Part shown: positions 19,412-30,293 of the stretch, piece by piece
Numbering within the stretch: position 1 is the stretch's first letter
Layout: every line of letters begins with the position of its first letter
Origin: Thermoplasmata archaeon
GTDB lineage: Archaea; Thermoplasmatota; Thermoplasmata; UBA10834
Assembly (NCBI GenBank): GCA_020696365.1
Contig: JAEHCM010000001.1
Span: 166,987 to 230,986, forward strand
Direction of reading: 5' to 3'
DNA: 64,000 bases
Program-made: the position numbers and the translations under genes
Notes under the pieces: model-generated
The model's input: only the letters and a program-made list of their open reading frames with translations
Databases searched by the model: none
What the model was told of the DNA's origin: nothing

Positions 19412-19903
19412 ATGCGGAAACACATGAGCTTCGAGCTAAATGTCGTGAGCAACACGCCTCTCACGCCACTGAGTGACAAGGCGGAAGTCGCGATACTCTT
19501 CCTCAATCAGGTAGGTTACTTCCCGAAGGGATACGATCCGAAGACGGATGCAACGGATATCAGGGACAGCGTCCCATACAGGCTCATCATCGACCATTTC
19601 CTCACCAGGCCGGAGAAGGCATGGGTGGTGGAGGATCTGGCAATCGCGCTGGGAACCACGAAGACGACCGTGTACCGTCACATCAACAAGCTGAAGGGTT
19701 TCGATATCCTTGAGGAGATCGGCGTAGAGAGGCCCGACGGCTCATCTAAGAAAGGTTACAGGGTGAGATACGGTGACCTGAGCAAGGCCTGGAACTTCAC
19801 CGAAGCGCACGTCCAGGTCGCGATGGAGAACTACAGGAAGACGGTCGACCATCTGCAGGAGCTCGTCCGGAAGAAGGGTGATAAACATGCCAAGAAAAGA
19901 TGA
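19412..19903 (+). CDS. winged-helix DNA-binding protein (hypothetical regulator)
   Basis: wHTH-like segment WVVEDLAIALGTTKTTVYRHINKLKGFDILEE. Confidence 0.4.
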   Translation: MRKHMSFELNVVSNTPLTPLSDKAEVAILFLNQVGYFPKGYDPKTDATDIRDSVPYRLIIDHFLTRPEKAWVVEDLAIALGTTKTTVYRHINKLKGFDILEEIGVERPDGSSKKGYRVRYGDLSKAWNFTEAHVQVAMENYRKTVDHLQELVRKKGDKHAKKR

Positions 19904-20171
19904 TGCGATCGCCTTGACTGAGGGGTCTCAGTACAGGGTGAAGAGCCTCGAGGCTAGAGACAAGCCGATGGAGACCATCGGCATATTCAAGGGCTATGCA
20001 GCCGTGGCGCACGACACCGCCATAGTCATGGAGCTTGAGAAGCCGCTGGGGGACAGGAAGGCGATGCTGCGCCTCATCCCATCCCACATGATCATCTCGA
20101 TAGATATCCTCAAAGCCAAGGAAGAGAAGAAGGACAAGGAGCAGGATGGGGAGGCCGCATACTTCGGCTGA
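19878..20171 (+). CDS. hypothetical small protein
   Basis: 97-aa ORF; its start overlaps the previous gene's stop, suggesting translational coupling. Confidence 0.3.
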   Translation: MINMPRKDDAIALTEGSQYRVKSLEARDKPMETIGIFKGYAAVAHDTAIVMELEKPLGDRKAMLRLIPSHMIISIDILKAKEEKKDKEQDGEAAYFG

Positions 20172-20478
20172 CTCGGTATGTGGCATGAAAATTAAGATGA
20201 ACCCCCTCGAGATCCGAGTGGTGAGGCTTCTCAAGGAGCGGTATCCCATCACCGTCGATGAGCTCCGGGACGAGCTGGTGGTCAGGCCGGATACCCTCAT
20301 GCGCGCGCTGAAGTCGCTCGTGGTCAAGCAAGTGGTCGCTCTCGAGCCGCTCACAGACATGGTCTATATACGTCTGCTCACACCTGACATCGATGTCGAA
20401 GGCGGGAGACGTAGCCGGGACACTGCCGAGAATGCGAAGCCTTGTGACCACGACGATGATTCATTCACATACATGTGA
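20146..20478 (+). CDS. small winged-helix protein (hypothetical regulator)
   Basis: wHTH-like IRVVRLLKERYPITVDELRDEL; the likely start is the internal Met at 20185. Confidence 0.35.
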   Translation: MGRPHTSADSVCGMKIKMNPLEIRVVRLLKERYPITVDELRDELVVRPDTLMRALKSLVVKQVVALEPLTDMVYIRLLTPDIDVEGGRRSRDTAENAKPCDHDDDSFTYM

Positions 20479-22096
20479 CGATACATGGGGGATTTCCTTG
20501 AATCTGACACAGATCGGCTCGGATGCAATCCCTTCGGCCTATCTGGATGAGTTCATTGGCATGCTCGCCCGTGGGGAGATATCTGATAGGGGCATGGTCC
20601 TGAGGACCAAGGCCGCCCTCTGCAAGAAGCACGGGCTCGCCCGTGTTCCGGCCAATTACGAGATCCTGGAGCACGTGCCGGCCGATCTGAGGGACGATGT
20701 AGAACACCTTCTGAGGAACAAGCCCGTGAGAACCCTGAGCGGCGTAGCCCCCGTTGCGGTGATGACCAGCCCGTCCGACTGCCCTCATGGCCGATGCCTG
20801 TATTGTCCGGGCGGTGTGACGAACAACAGCCCTCAGTCATACACTGGGAGGGAGCCTGCCGCGTTGAGGGGTGCGATGTACGAGTACGATCCCTTCCTGC
20901 AGACCAGGGCCCGACTGAAGCAGCTGAAGGCGATCGGCCACAGGACGGACAAGGTGGACCTCATCATCATGGGTGGGACATTCACCGCGCGTCCGATGGA
21001 GTATCGAACCTGGTTCGTCAAGCGATGCTTCGACGCGATGAACGGTTGCGAATCGGAAGACCTAGAATCATCCCATGCCGTGAACGAGAGCGCCCCGTCG
21101 CGATGCGTGGGGCTCACGGTCGAGACCCGACCCGATTGGTTTGGACCTGAGCAGATTTCCGATTCCATGAACCTTGGGGCGACAAAGGTCGAACTGGGCG
21201 TTCAGGTCCTCGACGACAGGATACTCGATGGTGTGAAGCGCGGGCACCATGTCGAGCATGTCGTGGCGGCTACGAGGCATGCGCGCGAGGCCGGACTCAA
21301 GATATGCTACCACCTGATGCCTGGACTGCCTGGCAGTGGCTACGACGACGATATGCGTTCCTTCGCCATGATGCTCGAGGACGAACGGTTCAAGCCAGAC
21401 ATGCTGAAGATATATCCTACTCTGGTCGTGGCGGGTACGGAGCTGCACGAGATGTGGAAGAGGGGCGAATACGTGCCCTTGTCCCTTGAGGCGGCGACCC
21501 GGCTCGTGGCTGACATGAAGAGGCGTGTTCCTCCATGGATGAGGATTCTGAGGGTGCAGAGAGACATCCCAGTGCAACTTATCGAGGCAGGGGTGAGGAA
21601 GAGTCACCTCCGTGAGCTGGTGGCGGAGGAGTTGTCGGCGGCCGGCGAGTCATGCAAGTGCATTCGATGCAGGGAAGTCGGGCACGCAAGAATGAGCGCC
21701 GACGACGCGGAATCGGAAGACACGGCGTTCAATGAGCTTTCTTATCGGGCCGCAGGTGGGACGGAGTATTTCGTCAGTTGCACCATATCGGGGACGTCGA
21801 TTCTCATCGGATATGCGAGGCTCAGATGTCCCGACGGGTCATCGCCCTCCGCTGCCATGATTCGGGAGCTCCATGTCTACGGTCAGATGGTTCCGATAGA
21901 TGAGTCGACGAAGAAGGGTCGTTGGCAGCACAGGGGCATCGGCGAAGAGCTGATATCGCACTGTGAGGAGAGAGCGTCCGCCGTTGGGTTATCTTCTATG
22001 AGAATCACGAGCGGTGTGGGTGTCAGGGAGTACTACAGGCGTCTGGGTTACGAACGGACGGGGATGTACATGACGAAACCGCTCCTCTGGGGCTGA
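20456..22096 (+). CDS. elp3: Elp3-family tRNA uridine(34) acetyltransferase (radical SAM + GNAT)
   Basis: Radical-SAM cluster motif CPHGRCLYCPGG, an Elp3-type central region, and a C-terminal GNAT acetyltransferase domain. Start uncertain; the ORF opens at 20393. Confidence 0.8.
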   Translation: MIHSHTCDDTWGISLNLTQIGSDAIPSAYLDEFIGMLARGEISDRGMVLRTKAALCKKHGLARVPANYEILEHVPADLRDDVEHLLRNKPVRTLSGVAPVAVMTSPSDCPHGRCLYCPGGVTNNSPQSYTGREPAALRGAMYEYDPFLQTRARLKQLKAIGHRTDKVDLIIMGGTFTARPMEYRTWFVKRCFDAMNGCESEDLESSHAVNESAPSRCVGLTVETRPDWFGPEQISDSMNLGATKVELGVQVLDDRILDGVKRGHHVEHVVAATRHAREAGLKICYHLMPGLPGSGYDDDMRSFAMMLEDERFKPDMLKIYPTLVVAGTELHEMWKRGEYVPLSLEAATRLVADMKRRVPPWMRILRVQRDIPVQLIEAGVRKSHLRELVAEELSAAGESCKCIRCREVGHARMSADDAESEDTAFNELSYRAAGGTEYFVSCTISGTSILIGYARLRCPDGSSPSAAMIRELHVYGQMVPIDESTKKGRWQHRGIGEELISHCEERASAVGLSSMRITSGVGVREYYRRLGYERTGMYMTKPLLWG

Positions 22097-22157
22097 ACCA
22101 GCGACGTTATGATTATATCAAATAACCCTTATCAGTTTCGATCGGAGGAGACGCCGG

Positions 22158-24038
22158 GTGCCCTGCCTTAAATGCGAACAATCCTGTGATGAGAGCACGC
22201 TTATCTGTGACGAGTGTGCCGATTCGTGCTTGGGGGAGGCGCGATTCTTCCTCAGCCCGGTTCTGATAGGCCCGAGCCTCTACGCACGTCTTAGGTCGGA
22301 AGGGTCCCTCGCCTGCCTGCTCGGCCCCGTCGCTGACGGAGAGGTCGTGCTGATGACGTCGACAGACATTCGGAGGACACTGCAGGAGGCGATTCCAGAG
22401 GGTATGTCTGACGACGAAGCCAAGGCATTCCTGGACCTCTGTAACGAGACGCTCGCCCACATGGGCGTGCCTCTGAAGTTCCATCCCTCCGCGATGCTGT
22501 TGACCACGGATGCAGCGGAGACGACGATGGCGGTTCGGATTAAGGCCGAGGCCGTGCTAGCTGGCCATGGAACTGCCGCAGTCAGTGACCTTAACTTGCG
22601 AATGGGCGTCGTGTACTGGAGTGCCCTGCGCGGCGTACTCTTGAGAGCCGCCAGCAAGAAGTGGAGGGAGGCTAAGCGGGCCGAACTGGTCTCCAAGGCG
22701 AAGGCGTACTTCTCGAAGGTCGACGAACGCGACGACCTGTTTTCCATCGCGTCCTGGAACCTGGGCATGCTGTGCTCTGAAGCTGGCGAGTGGGAGGCTG
22801 CACGGGAGCATCTGGAGCGGACGTTGAAACACTTTCCTAACGACCAGGAAGTCGCAGAGACACTCGCGATGGCGGACCTGCAGCTGGGAAATCAGATGGA
22901 CGCGCTGGCTAGGGTCGACGAGATACTCGTACAGTCTCCCTCGCCAGGCCTCTGGTCGCTCAAGGGCAGGATCCTTCTTAGCCTGGCCAAGAAGGAGGAG
23001 GCGCTCGAGTGCTTCGGCCAGGCGATATCCTCAGACCCGTGCATGATCGATGCGCACAACCTACTGATTGCCACACTTCGGTCCATGGGCAGAGATGAGG
23101 AAGCCTCGCTTGCTGAGCAGCAGAAGGCTCTGTCCAGAAGGGTCGATCTCGAGGAGAATATTTTCGAGGTCGTGGGCGAACTGACGAAGGTTTCTTCCCA
23201 ACCAGCTCTCGGTCGCCCCAGAATCCGCCAGCTTGCGAAGGCCAGAGATGAGGTCGTGGAGGAACCCGCGGAACCAGTCACTCAGCTCGATCTCGCACTC
23301 GCAGCGTTCGAGACTAAGGATTATGACATGGCTATACAGCGTGCACAGCACATTGTCGACAGCGACCCCGATTCGCGAGAGGCGAACCTCATCCTGATTG
23401 AAGCGTATGTGGCGAGTGGAGATATCCCGCAGGCATCATCAAGAGTGCATTCCTTCTACGAGCGTCACAGGAACGACCCGCACGCTTGGTACTGGCGAGG
23501 AGTGGTCGCCGACAGAGAAGGCAAATGGGGAGCGGCCGTGCAGTACTTCAGCAAGGCAGTGACGCTGGACCCCGAGCTGGCCGACGCATGGGCTGCCATG
23601 GGGTCCTCGCTGCTTGAGAACGACAAATACAACGGCGCGGACGAGAGTTTCTCACGTGCACTACAGGTCGACCCTGGTAATGAGCGGGCATGGTTTGGAA
23701 AGGGCAGGACGATGCGTGCGCTCGGCAGGTGGGGTGCTGCCATTCAGTGCCTGGACAAGTACAACTCGCTGGTTCCGAACGACAAGGATGCATGGCTTCT
23801 CAAGGGGGATATCCTCTTCGACAAGGAGAAGTACAGGCGCGCTATCGACGCTTACAACAAGTACATCGAGCTCCATCAAGCAGATTCGTACGCCCTGGGA
23901 AAGAAGGGGATCGCGTTCAACATGCTCGGCATGTTCGATGATGCCATCACGTGCCTCGAAGAGAGCGTCCGCCTCGACCCGTCGAACAGAGACGCGGTCA
24001 AATGGCTCGACACGCTGCGCGACGGGGGGTCGATCTGA
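22158..24038 (+). CDS. TPR-repeat protein with N-terminal Cys4 zinc ribbon
   Basis: N-terminal CLKCEQSCDESTLICDECADSC followed by many 34-aa TPR-like repeats. Confidence 0.7.
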   Translation: MPCLKCEQSCDESTLICDECADSCLGEARFFLSPVLIGPSLYARLRSEGSLACLLGPVADGEVVLMTSTDIRRTLQEAIPEGMSDDEAKAFLDLCNETLAHMGVPLKFHPSAMLLTTDAAETTMAVRIKAEAVLAGHGTAAVSDLNLRMGVVYWSALRGVLLRAASKKWREAKRAELVSKAKAYFSKVDERDDLFSIASWNLGMLCSEAGEWEAAREHLERTLKHFPNDQEVAETLAMADLQLGNQMDALARVDEILVQSPSPGLWSLKGRILLSLAKKEEALECFGQAISSDPCMIDAHNLLIATLRSMGRDEEASLAEQQKALSRRVDLEENIFEVVGELTKVSSQPALGRPRIRQLAKARDEVVEEPAEPVTQLDLALAAFETKDYDMAIQRAQHIVDSDPDSREANLILIEAYVASGDIPQASSRVHSFYERHRNDPHAWYWRGVVADREGKWGAAVQYFSKAVTLDPELADAWAAMGSSLLENDKYNGADESFSRALQVDPGNERAWFGKGRTMRALGRWGAAIQCLDKYNSLVPNDKDAWLLKGDILFDKEKYRRAIDAYNKYIELHQADSYALGKKGIAFNMLGMFDDAITCLEESVRLDPSNRDAVKWLDTLRDGGSI

Positions 24039-26647
24039 TGGTCGAACTCGACAAGATTCTCAGCGAGCGGTCCGACGAGAGGATAATCTCGGCCCTTCAC
24101 GCGGTGTCGGAGTACGACTTCAAGAAGTACGTCGAGCGCGTGCTCGGGTATCTGGGCCTGAAGGTGGCTCGGAGCCGTGTCCGTGCAGATTTCATCATAG
24201 CCGACTGCGTCCACAGACCAGACGATGCGAAGTACGTCGTCTTCTTCTCAAGGCGCGACGAGGGCGTCTCCAAGCAGTCTCTAGTCAGTCTGATAGGATA
24301 CATGAAGCGGGTAGAGGCCCGGAACGGGCTTGTGCTCTCGACGTCGTCGATACTGCCCGCCGCCGTGAAAGCAGCAGAGGCGAACAACGTAGGCGTCGCT
24401 GACGGGCCGAAGCTCGCAGCACTGATACGCAGGTTCGACCTAGACCACGACCTCATCCACGAAGCGGACATTGCGAAGGAACGTGGCAGGCATGCGTCCG
24501 TCGCAGGCCTCGATGGGACCGTTGCGAAGATGATGGCTGAAGGACACGAAGCCCTTTCCAGCAGAGATTATGTGAATGCCCTCGAGTGCTTCGATCAGGC
24601 GATTCTGCTCCATGAGGGGTACGATGTTGCCTGGAGGGTGAAGGCGATCGTATTGGATGAGATGGGATTCCACGAACAGGCCCTCGAGTGCTTCAAGCGC
24701 GCTATCGACATGAATCCCGACAGCGACGAAACGTGGTTCGCCCTAGGCAACTGTCTGTACTCACTGTCGAGTCACGATGACGAGCTTAGGTGCTACGACA
24801 GGGCGCTGGAGATCAACCCACTACACACGAAGGCACTCGTGAACAAGGGATACGCCCTTCATAGGCTCGGCCGGTACCGGGAGGCACTCGACGCATACGA
24901 CGCGGTGCTGAAGAGGAGCTACCGATTGGAGAAGGTGCACAACAACAGAGGGGTGACCCTCCATAAGCTGGGCAGGAACGAGGAGGCGCTGGAATCCTAT
25001 GCCCGCGCGATAGCCCTCAGACAGGAGTATTCCGAGGCCTGGCTCAACAAGGGCAATCTATTGCACGAGCTCGGAAAGGACGATGAGGCGTTCGAGGCGT
25101 TCATTCACCTGACGGATCTAAGGCCCGACTCCGCGACGGCCTGGTATCTCAGAGGCGTGGTCGCTGCGGCGCTCGGACGAAAGTCGCAGGCCAAGAAATC
25201 TCTGGAGGAGAGCCTGAGACTTGATCCTGACGGCTCGCAGTCGAAACAGATGCTGGAGGACATCAAGGGTGGCGACGAGGAACCGATCGTAGATCCCCTT
25301 CGCCTTATGGAGGGGTTATTCTCGCCGGAGCCAGAGGTCGAAGCCGAGGCGTCCGTCGAGATCGAGCCCCCTTCGCACCCCGAGACCGACGTCGACTTAG
25401 GGGTTCAAGAAGAGTCCGTTGAGCAGCTGGCCGAGGAACTCTACGGGGACAGGGCGGAGTTCCTACTTCTTCTCGGAAGACTCGATGAAGCTTATGACTT
25501 GATCGGGAAGTCCTTGCGCCTGGAGGGTGACAATTCGAGGCTCCTGACTGCTGCCGGGAACGTTCTCTTCAGACAGGGCAAGTTCGAGGCTGCGATTAGA
25601 ACCTACGAGCATGCGTACGCGGTCGACCCAAGACACGCGCCGGCCATCTACAATCTGCACATGGCGCTCATGGTGGCGGGTGAGGCTGACCTTGCGCTGA
25701 AGATGAGCGAGTCGCTGAGGGAGCTGGGGGGCGGTTGGCAAGAACGGGCAACATCCGCGTTGGAGGCGCAGAAGAGGAAAGACTATCGGCAGGCGATCGA
25801 GGACATCGAGACCGCCCTGGCATCTGCGAACTTGGCCATGCTAGTCAACTACAAGGGCGTCCTGCAGCTCCTATCGCACGACACTGACGGTGCTTTGGAG
25901 ACCTTCGGCAGGCTGATATCGTCGACTTTCGACCCGTCGGAGGCACATAACAACCTGGGGGTCGCCAATCTCTGGAAGGGCAACCTGGGGGGCGCCGTCT
26001 CCGAGTTCGACAAGGCGGTCAGAATGAAGAAGAACAACCCAACCGCATGGAACAACAGGGGATGTATATTGTACAGGGAGGAGCGGTTGCGGGAGGCGGT
26101 CGCTTGCTTCGAGGAATCACTCGTCATCAACCCGACTGCGGCGGCCATGACGAACAAAGGATTCAGCCAACTCTCTCTCGATATGCTCGAGGAAGCTACC
26201 GTCACATTCGAACAATCCATCAAGATACTGGAGACACCCGAGGCATACAACAACAAAGGGATAGCTCTCAGGAGGCAGGGAAGGCTCGACGAGGCGATCA
26301 CCGCGTTCAGAGAGGCCCTCAGGATCGCGCCTCAGTTCGAGGACACGAGCACGAACCTCCGTGAGGCGCTCGCCCGCCAGTCCACCAATACGAAGGTGAA
26401 GGCCGAGACCGAGAGTGCGGAGATACCTTCGCCCCCTTCGCCGGACACGGACGACGAGGAGGCCGGCAAATCCGACCGTCTGGAGTTGCTGCGACACGAG
26501 ACGGAGGGCACGCTGAAGGAGATGAGAAAGGCGGAGCTGGAGGCCATATGCATCGCCGTCAGCGTCAGCTCGAAAGGGACGAAGAAAGAACTGACATCAA
26601 GGATTCTCAGGGAGAGGCGACGCCTGCTTAGACAGAGAAGACGATAA
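24038..26647 (+). CDS. large TPR-repeat protein with N-terminal Mrr-cat-like domain and C-terminal SAP-like motif
   Basis: ATGA start/stop overlap with the upstream TPR gene. An N-terminal restriction-endonuclease-fold-like segment of about 150 aa, at least 15 TPR units, then a C-terminal KAELEAICIAVSVSSKGTKKELTSRIL segment. Confidence 0.65.
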   Translation: MVELDKILSERSDERIISALHAVSEYDFKKYVERVLGYLGLKVARSRVRADFIIADCVHRPDDAKYVVFFSRRDEGVSKQSLVSLIGYMKRVEARNGLVLSTSSILPAAVKAAEANNVGVADGPKLAALIRRFDLDHDLIHEADIAKERGRHASVAGLDGTVAKMMAEGHEALSSRDYVNALECFDQAILLHEGYDVAWRVKAIVLDEMGFHEQALECFKRAIDMNPDSDETWFALGNCLYSLSSHDDELRCYDRALEINPLHTKALVNKGYALHRLGRYREALDAYDAVLKRSYRLEKVHNNRGVTLHKLGRNEEALESYARAIALRQEYSEAWLNKGNLLHELGKDDEAFEAFIHLTDLRPDSATAWYLRGVVAAALGRKSQAKKSLEESLRLDPDGSQSKQMLEDIKGGDEEPIVDPLRLMEGLFSPEPEVEAEASVEIEPPSHPETDVDLGVQEESVEQLAEELYGDRAEFLLLLGRLDEAYDLIGKSLRLEGDNSRLLTAAGNVLFRQGKFEAAIRTYEHAYAVDPRHAPAIYNLHMALMVAGEADLALKMSESLRELGGGWQERATSALEAQKRKDYRQAIEDIETALASANLAMLVNYKGVLQLLSHDTDGALETFGRLISSTFDPSEAHNNLGVANLWKGNLGGAVSEFDKAVRMKKNNPTAWNNRGCILYREERLREAVACFEESLVINPTAAAMTNKGFSQLSLDMLEEATVTFEQSIKILETPEAYNNKGIALRRQGRLDEAITAFREALRIAPQFEDTSTNLREALARQSTNTKVKAETESAEIPSPPSPDTDDEEAGKSDRLELLRHETEGTLKEMRKAELEAICIAVSVSSKGTKKELTSRILRERRRLLRQRRR

Positions 26648-26677
26648 TGCGCATAACTCCCGGAGGCGCTGACCCGG

Positions 26678-26923
26678 TCAGGCGATGTTCATGACAACGA
26701 CGTCTCGGACAGCCCTCATCTCGCTGAACGGAAGCACCAGTCTGCCGTCGGAATCGGTCTTGAACAGCCGTGGCTCGACTTCCTCAGCCGGTATCACGAG
26801 GACGTTCTGAAGCTCGCCAGTCTTCGTATCTATGAGAAAATTCTCTATCATGCCGAGTATCTGGCCATCATTGGTCATCACGGTCTTGCCCTTCAGCTCG
26901 GTAATGAATTTACGCATTGTCAT
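26678..26923 (-). CDS. PRC-barrel domain protein
   Basis: 81-aa small beta-barrel protein (LKGKTVMTNDGQILGMIENFLID). Confidence 0.45.
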   Translation of the reverse strand: MTMRKFITELKGKTVMTNDGQILGMIENFLIDTKTGELQNVLVIPAEEVEPRLFKTDSDGRLVLPFSEMRAVRDVVVMNIA

Positions 26924-26934
26924 CCCATCTCCAA

Positions 26935-29154
26935 CTACCTGTAGTAGCCAAGGGCGTTATCATCTTTGGCCCTCTTAGATATTGCGGTTACCATTTCCTT
27001 GGCCAGTGATTCATACAACTTTGCAGTTTCCTGGTCCGTTGAAGCTCTAACGAGCTTCAGCGCCTCCTCGAAGTTGCTCGAAGTGACCTTGTTCGCCCCC
27101 TTCTTGTGTCTGAGCGCGATGAGGCCCGCCTCTCGGCACAGGTTCTCGAGGTCGGCTCCGACGTATCCTTCGGTCTTCTCGGCGATCGTGTCGAGGTCGA
27201 CTCTTTCGAGCGGCATGTTGCGGGTGTGCACCTCCAGAATCTTCCGCCTGCTTGCAGTATCAGGCAACGGGATGAGGAGCAGTTTGTCGAATCTTCCTGG
27301 ACGCAGCAGCGCCTTGTCGAGGATGTCCGGACGGTTGGTCGCCGCTATCACGAACACGTTGTCCAGTGAGTCCATGCCGTCCATGGAGGTGAGGAGTTGA
27401 TTGACCACCCTCTCCGTCGCACCAGAGTCGTGATGGCTCCCGCGCTTGGGTGCGATCGCGTCGATTTCGTCCAGGAAGACGATCGATGGCGCGACCTGCT
27501 TCGCTTTCTTGAATATCATCCTGACGGCCTTCTCGCTCTCCCCGACCCACTTAGACATGATCTCCGGACCCTTGATGGAGATGAAGTTGGCTTTGGATTC
27601 GTTCGCTATAGCGCGCGCGACGAGCGTCTTCCCCGTTCCAGGCGCTCCGTACAGCAGTATCCCATTGGAGGGCTTGATCCCGAGCCTGATGAAGGAATCC
27701 GGGTCATCCAAAGGCAGCTCAATCGACTCACTCATCGCCTTCTTGACCTCTTCCAGGCCTCCGACGTCCTCCCAGGTCGCCTTCGGTATCTCGACGAAGA
27801 CCTCTCTCAACGCGCTCGGCTCGATCTCCCGCAGCGCATCCTGGAAGTCCTGCGCTGTCACGCGCATCTTCTCGAGTATCTCTGTCTGGATGGGCTTGCC
27901 GAACTCGATGTCCGGGAGGTATCTTCTCAGGGCGCGCATAGCGCTCTCACGCGCGAGCGCCGCCAGGTCGGCTCCGACGAAGCCGTGCGTGGTGTCCGAG
28001 ATGCGGTCCAGCTTCACGCCCTCGAGAGGCATTCCCCTGGTATGTATCATCAATATCTCAAGCCGGCCTTCGGAGGTCGGGGCGCCGATCTCTATCTCCC
28101 TGTCGAACCTGCCAGGCCGACGAAGCGCCGGGTCGACGGCATCTTCCCTGTTGGTCGCCGCGATGACGATGACATTCCCTCTGGATGTCAGTCCGTCCAT
28201 GAGCGTCAGGAGCTGGGCGACAACCCTTCGCTCGACCTCTCCCTGCACCTCGTCTCTCTTCGGTGCGATCGAGTCCAGTTCGTCTATGAATATCACAGAG
28301 GGGGCGTTCTTCTCGGCTTCGGAGAATATCTCTCGAAGGCGCTCCTCGCTCTGACCGTAGAACTTTGACATAATCTCAGGGCCTTGTATCGCGAAGAAGC
28401 TCGCTCCAGCCTCGTTGGCCACGGCTCGTGCGATCAGAGTCTTGCCAGTGCCCGGAGGTCCATAGAGCAAGATCCCCTTCGGAGGATCGATTCCAAGCCT
28501 GGAGAATATCTCAGGGTGCTTGAGTGGGAGCTCGATCATCTCCCTTATCCTCTGCAGCACCGCCTCCAACCCGCCGACGTCCTCGTAGGTCACAGATGGT
28601 CGTGTGAGCTCAGTCACCTCGATCGGTTCAGTCCTGACGGAGAGATCGGTGAACTCGCTTACCTGGACTATTCCGTTAGGCGTGGTGGAGGCGACGACGA
28701 ACGGGAGGAATCCTCCCATCAGCGCGATGTTCGGAATGATGATTTCGTCTCCTTTGACCACTGCGCGGTTCAGGAGGCCTTTCTTGAACAGTCCTTCCAC
28801 CCCCTGGCCGAATCTGACCCTCTTACCATGTGGTATCTTGGGAGCGACGATGATCTTCTTCGCAGGCTGCGCCTCCGCCTTCCTCACGACTACCTTCTCG
28901 CCGATTGAAATGCCAGCGTTTCCTCGGATCATTCCGTCGATCCTGATAACGCCCTTGCCCTCATCCTCATGGGCCGCTCTGAAGACCTTCGCTGCGGTCA
29001 TCTTCTTGCCCGTGACCTCTATGATCTCTCCGACATCGATCCTCAGAGTCTTCCTTGTCTCGGAATCGATTCTTGCCCGTCCAAGACCGACCTCCGATTG
29101 ATGATGAGCCCTCGCGACTTTCAACGTGACCGTGTTCGCAGCCTTCTTCGACAT
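26935..29154 (-). CDS. cdc48: CDC48/VCP-like AAA+ ATPase (double AAA domain)
   Basis: CDC48 N-domain followed by two AAA cassettes, each with Walker [15 protein letters not shown] / [14 protein letters not shown] and a second-region-of-homology motif. TAG stop. Confidence 0.9.
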   Translation of the reverse strand: MSKKAANTVTLKVARAHHQSEVGLGRARIDSETRKTLRIDVGEIIEVTGKKMTAAKVFRAAHEDEGKGVIRIDGMIRGNAGISIGEKVVVRKAEAQPAKKIIVAPKIPHGKRVRFGQGVEGLFKKGLLNRAVVKGDEIIIPNIALMGGFLPFVVASTTPNGIVQVSEFTDLSVRTEPIEVTELTRPSVTYEDVGGLEAVLQRIREMIELPLKHPEIFSRLGIDPPKGILLYGPPGTGKTLIARAVANEAGASFFAIQGPEIMSKFYGQSEERLREIFSEAEKNAPSVIFIDELDSIAPKRDEVQGEVERRVVAQLLTLMDGLTSRGNVIVIAATNREDAVDPALRRPGRFDREIEIGAPTSEGRLEILMIHTRGMPLEGVKLDRISDTTHGFVGADLAALARESAMRALRRYLPDIEFGKPIQTEILEKMRVTAQDFQDALREIEPSALREVFVEIPKATWEDVGGLEEVKKAMSESIELPLDDPDSFIRLGIKPSNGILLYGAPGTGKTLVARAIANESKANFISIKGPEIMSKWVGESEKAVRMIFKKAKQVAPSIVFLDEIDAIAPKRGSHHDSGATERVVNQLLTSMDGMDSLDNVFVIAATNRPDILDKALLRPGRFDKLLLIPLPDTASRRKILEVHTRNMPLERVDLDTIAEKTEGYVGADLENLCREAGLIALRHKKGANKVTSSNFEEALKLVRASTDQETAKLYESLAKEMVTAISKRAKDDNALGYYR

Positions 29155-29403
29155 TCGATGCGTAATCCTCCAGGCCGTGCAAAAAGCTTTGGGAAGCAGT
29201 GCGGGGTCAGCGGGGTAGCGAGTTGAGGTTCGAAATATCGCGACGGAAAATGCCCGTCATTCGTCACAGGAGATGCACACAATAGCACATGTGGACATTG
29301 CGCTCCCCCCGGTCCGTACGCGTGCAAGGCGCCTGGCTCATTCAGGGTTGGAGAGAAAGCATTAAAATGCCCCCTCTCATTCGAATAGCAGCGAGGCTTT
29401 GGA

Positions 29404-30288
29404 ATGTACGAAGTTCGTTTTCATGGCCGCGGCGGACAGGGGGCGGTGATGGCCGCTCAGGCGCTCGCGAGTGCGGCGCATGCTGAGGGAGGTTACGCCA
29501 CTGCTTTCCCGTTCTTTGGGGCTGAGAGGAGAGGCGCTCCCGTGCTTGCGTTCACAAGGATCGATGACAAGAGGATATACAGGAAGACGCAGGTGTACGA
29601 GCCAGACTTCGTCGTGGTGCTGGACGAGGGTCTGCTTGAGACAATCAACGTCGTCGAAGGGTTGCGAGACGGCGGGATCGTCGTTATCAACTCTGCGAAG
29701 AAGCCTGAGGATATCGATGTGGGCATGGATGTGAAGATCGCCACCATCGATGCTACGAGCGTCGCGCTCGAGATACTGAAGCGACCGGCCACGAATTCTC
29801 CGATACTCGGCGCCTTCTCGAAGGCAACGGATCTTGTCAAGATTGAATCCATCGAAAAGGGCATTATGCAGGTGTTCGGAGATCGGTTGGGCCCGAAGAT
29901 CGGTGAGAAGAACGCGAAGGCAGCTCGTGCGGCGTACGAGAAGACCGTTGTCGGCATCTCCCACGGAAGGCGCCAGCTGAAAGCTACAGCGAAGTGGCTG
30001 CCGGATGTGAACGAGTTGCCCATGGGGGTCGCGTGTGAATCGATCAAGACGGCTGCTGGCCCCGTCGGCCCAGGATCCTTCGTAGAGAGCAAGACCGGCA
30101 GCTGGAAAGTGTTCAGACCTGAGTACGACAAGGAGAAGTGCACCATGTGCAACTTCTGCTGGTTCTATTGTCCTGAGGGATGCATATACAGAAAGGATGA
30201 TCACATGGACTTCGACATGGACTACTGCAAGGGCTGCGGAATATGTGCGAATGAGTGCCCGGTCGAGGCCATCAGGATGGTGAGGTGA
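29404..30288 (+). CDS. porCD: pyruvate:ferredoxin oxidoreductase gamma-delta fusion
   Basis: N-terminal PorG ([15 protein letters not shown]) fused in one ORF to a PorD 2x[4Fe-4S] ferredoxin ([24 protein letters not shown]). Confidence 0.8.
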   Translation: MYEVRFHGRGGQGAVMAAQALASAAHAEGGYATAFPFFGAERRGAPVLAFTRIDDKRIYRKTQVYEPDFVVVLDEGLLETINVVEGLRDGGIVVINSAKKPEDIDVGMDVKIATIDATSVALEILKRPATNSPILGAFSKATDLVKIESIEKGIMQVFGDRLGPKIGEKNAKAARAAYEKTVVGISHGRRQLKATAKWLPDVNELPMGVACESIKTAAGPVGPGSFVESKTGSWKVFRPEYDKEKCTMCNFCWFYCPEGCIYRKDDHMDFDMDYCKGCGICANECPVEAIRMVR

Positions 30289-30293
30289 TTCCT

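Noticed and set aside
22113-22484. 123-aa minus-strand ORF overlapping the start of the first TPR gene
   Set aside because: Fully antisense to the Zn-ribbon/TPR coding region with no motifs; a GC-driven artefact.
23614-24402. 262-aa Arg/Ser-rich ORF overlapping the TPR genes in another frame
   Set aside because: Low-complexity composition and full overlap with a strongly supported repeat-protein gene; read as a frame artefact.
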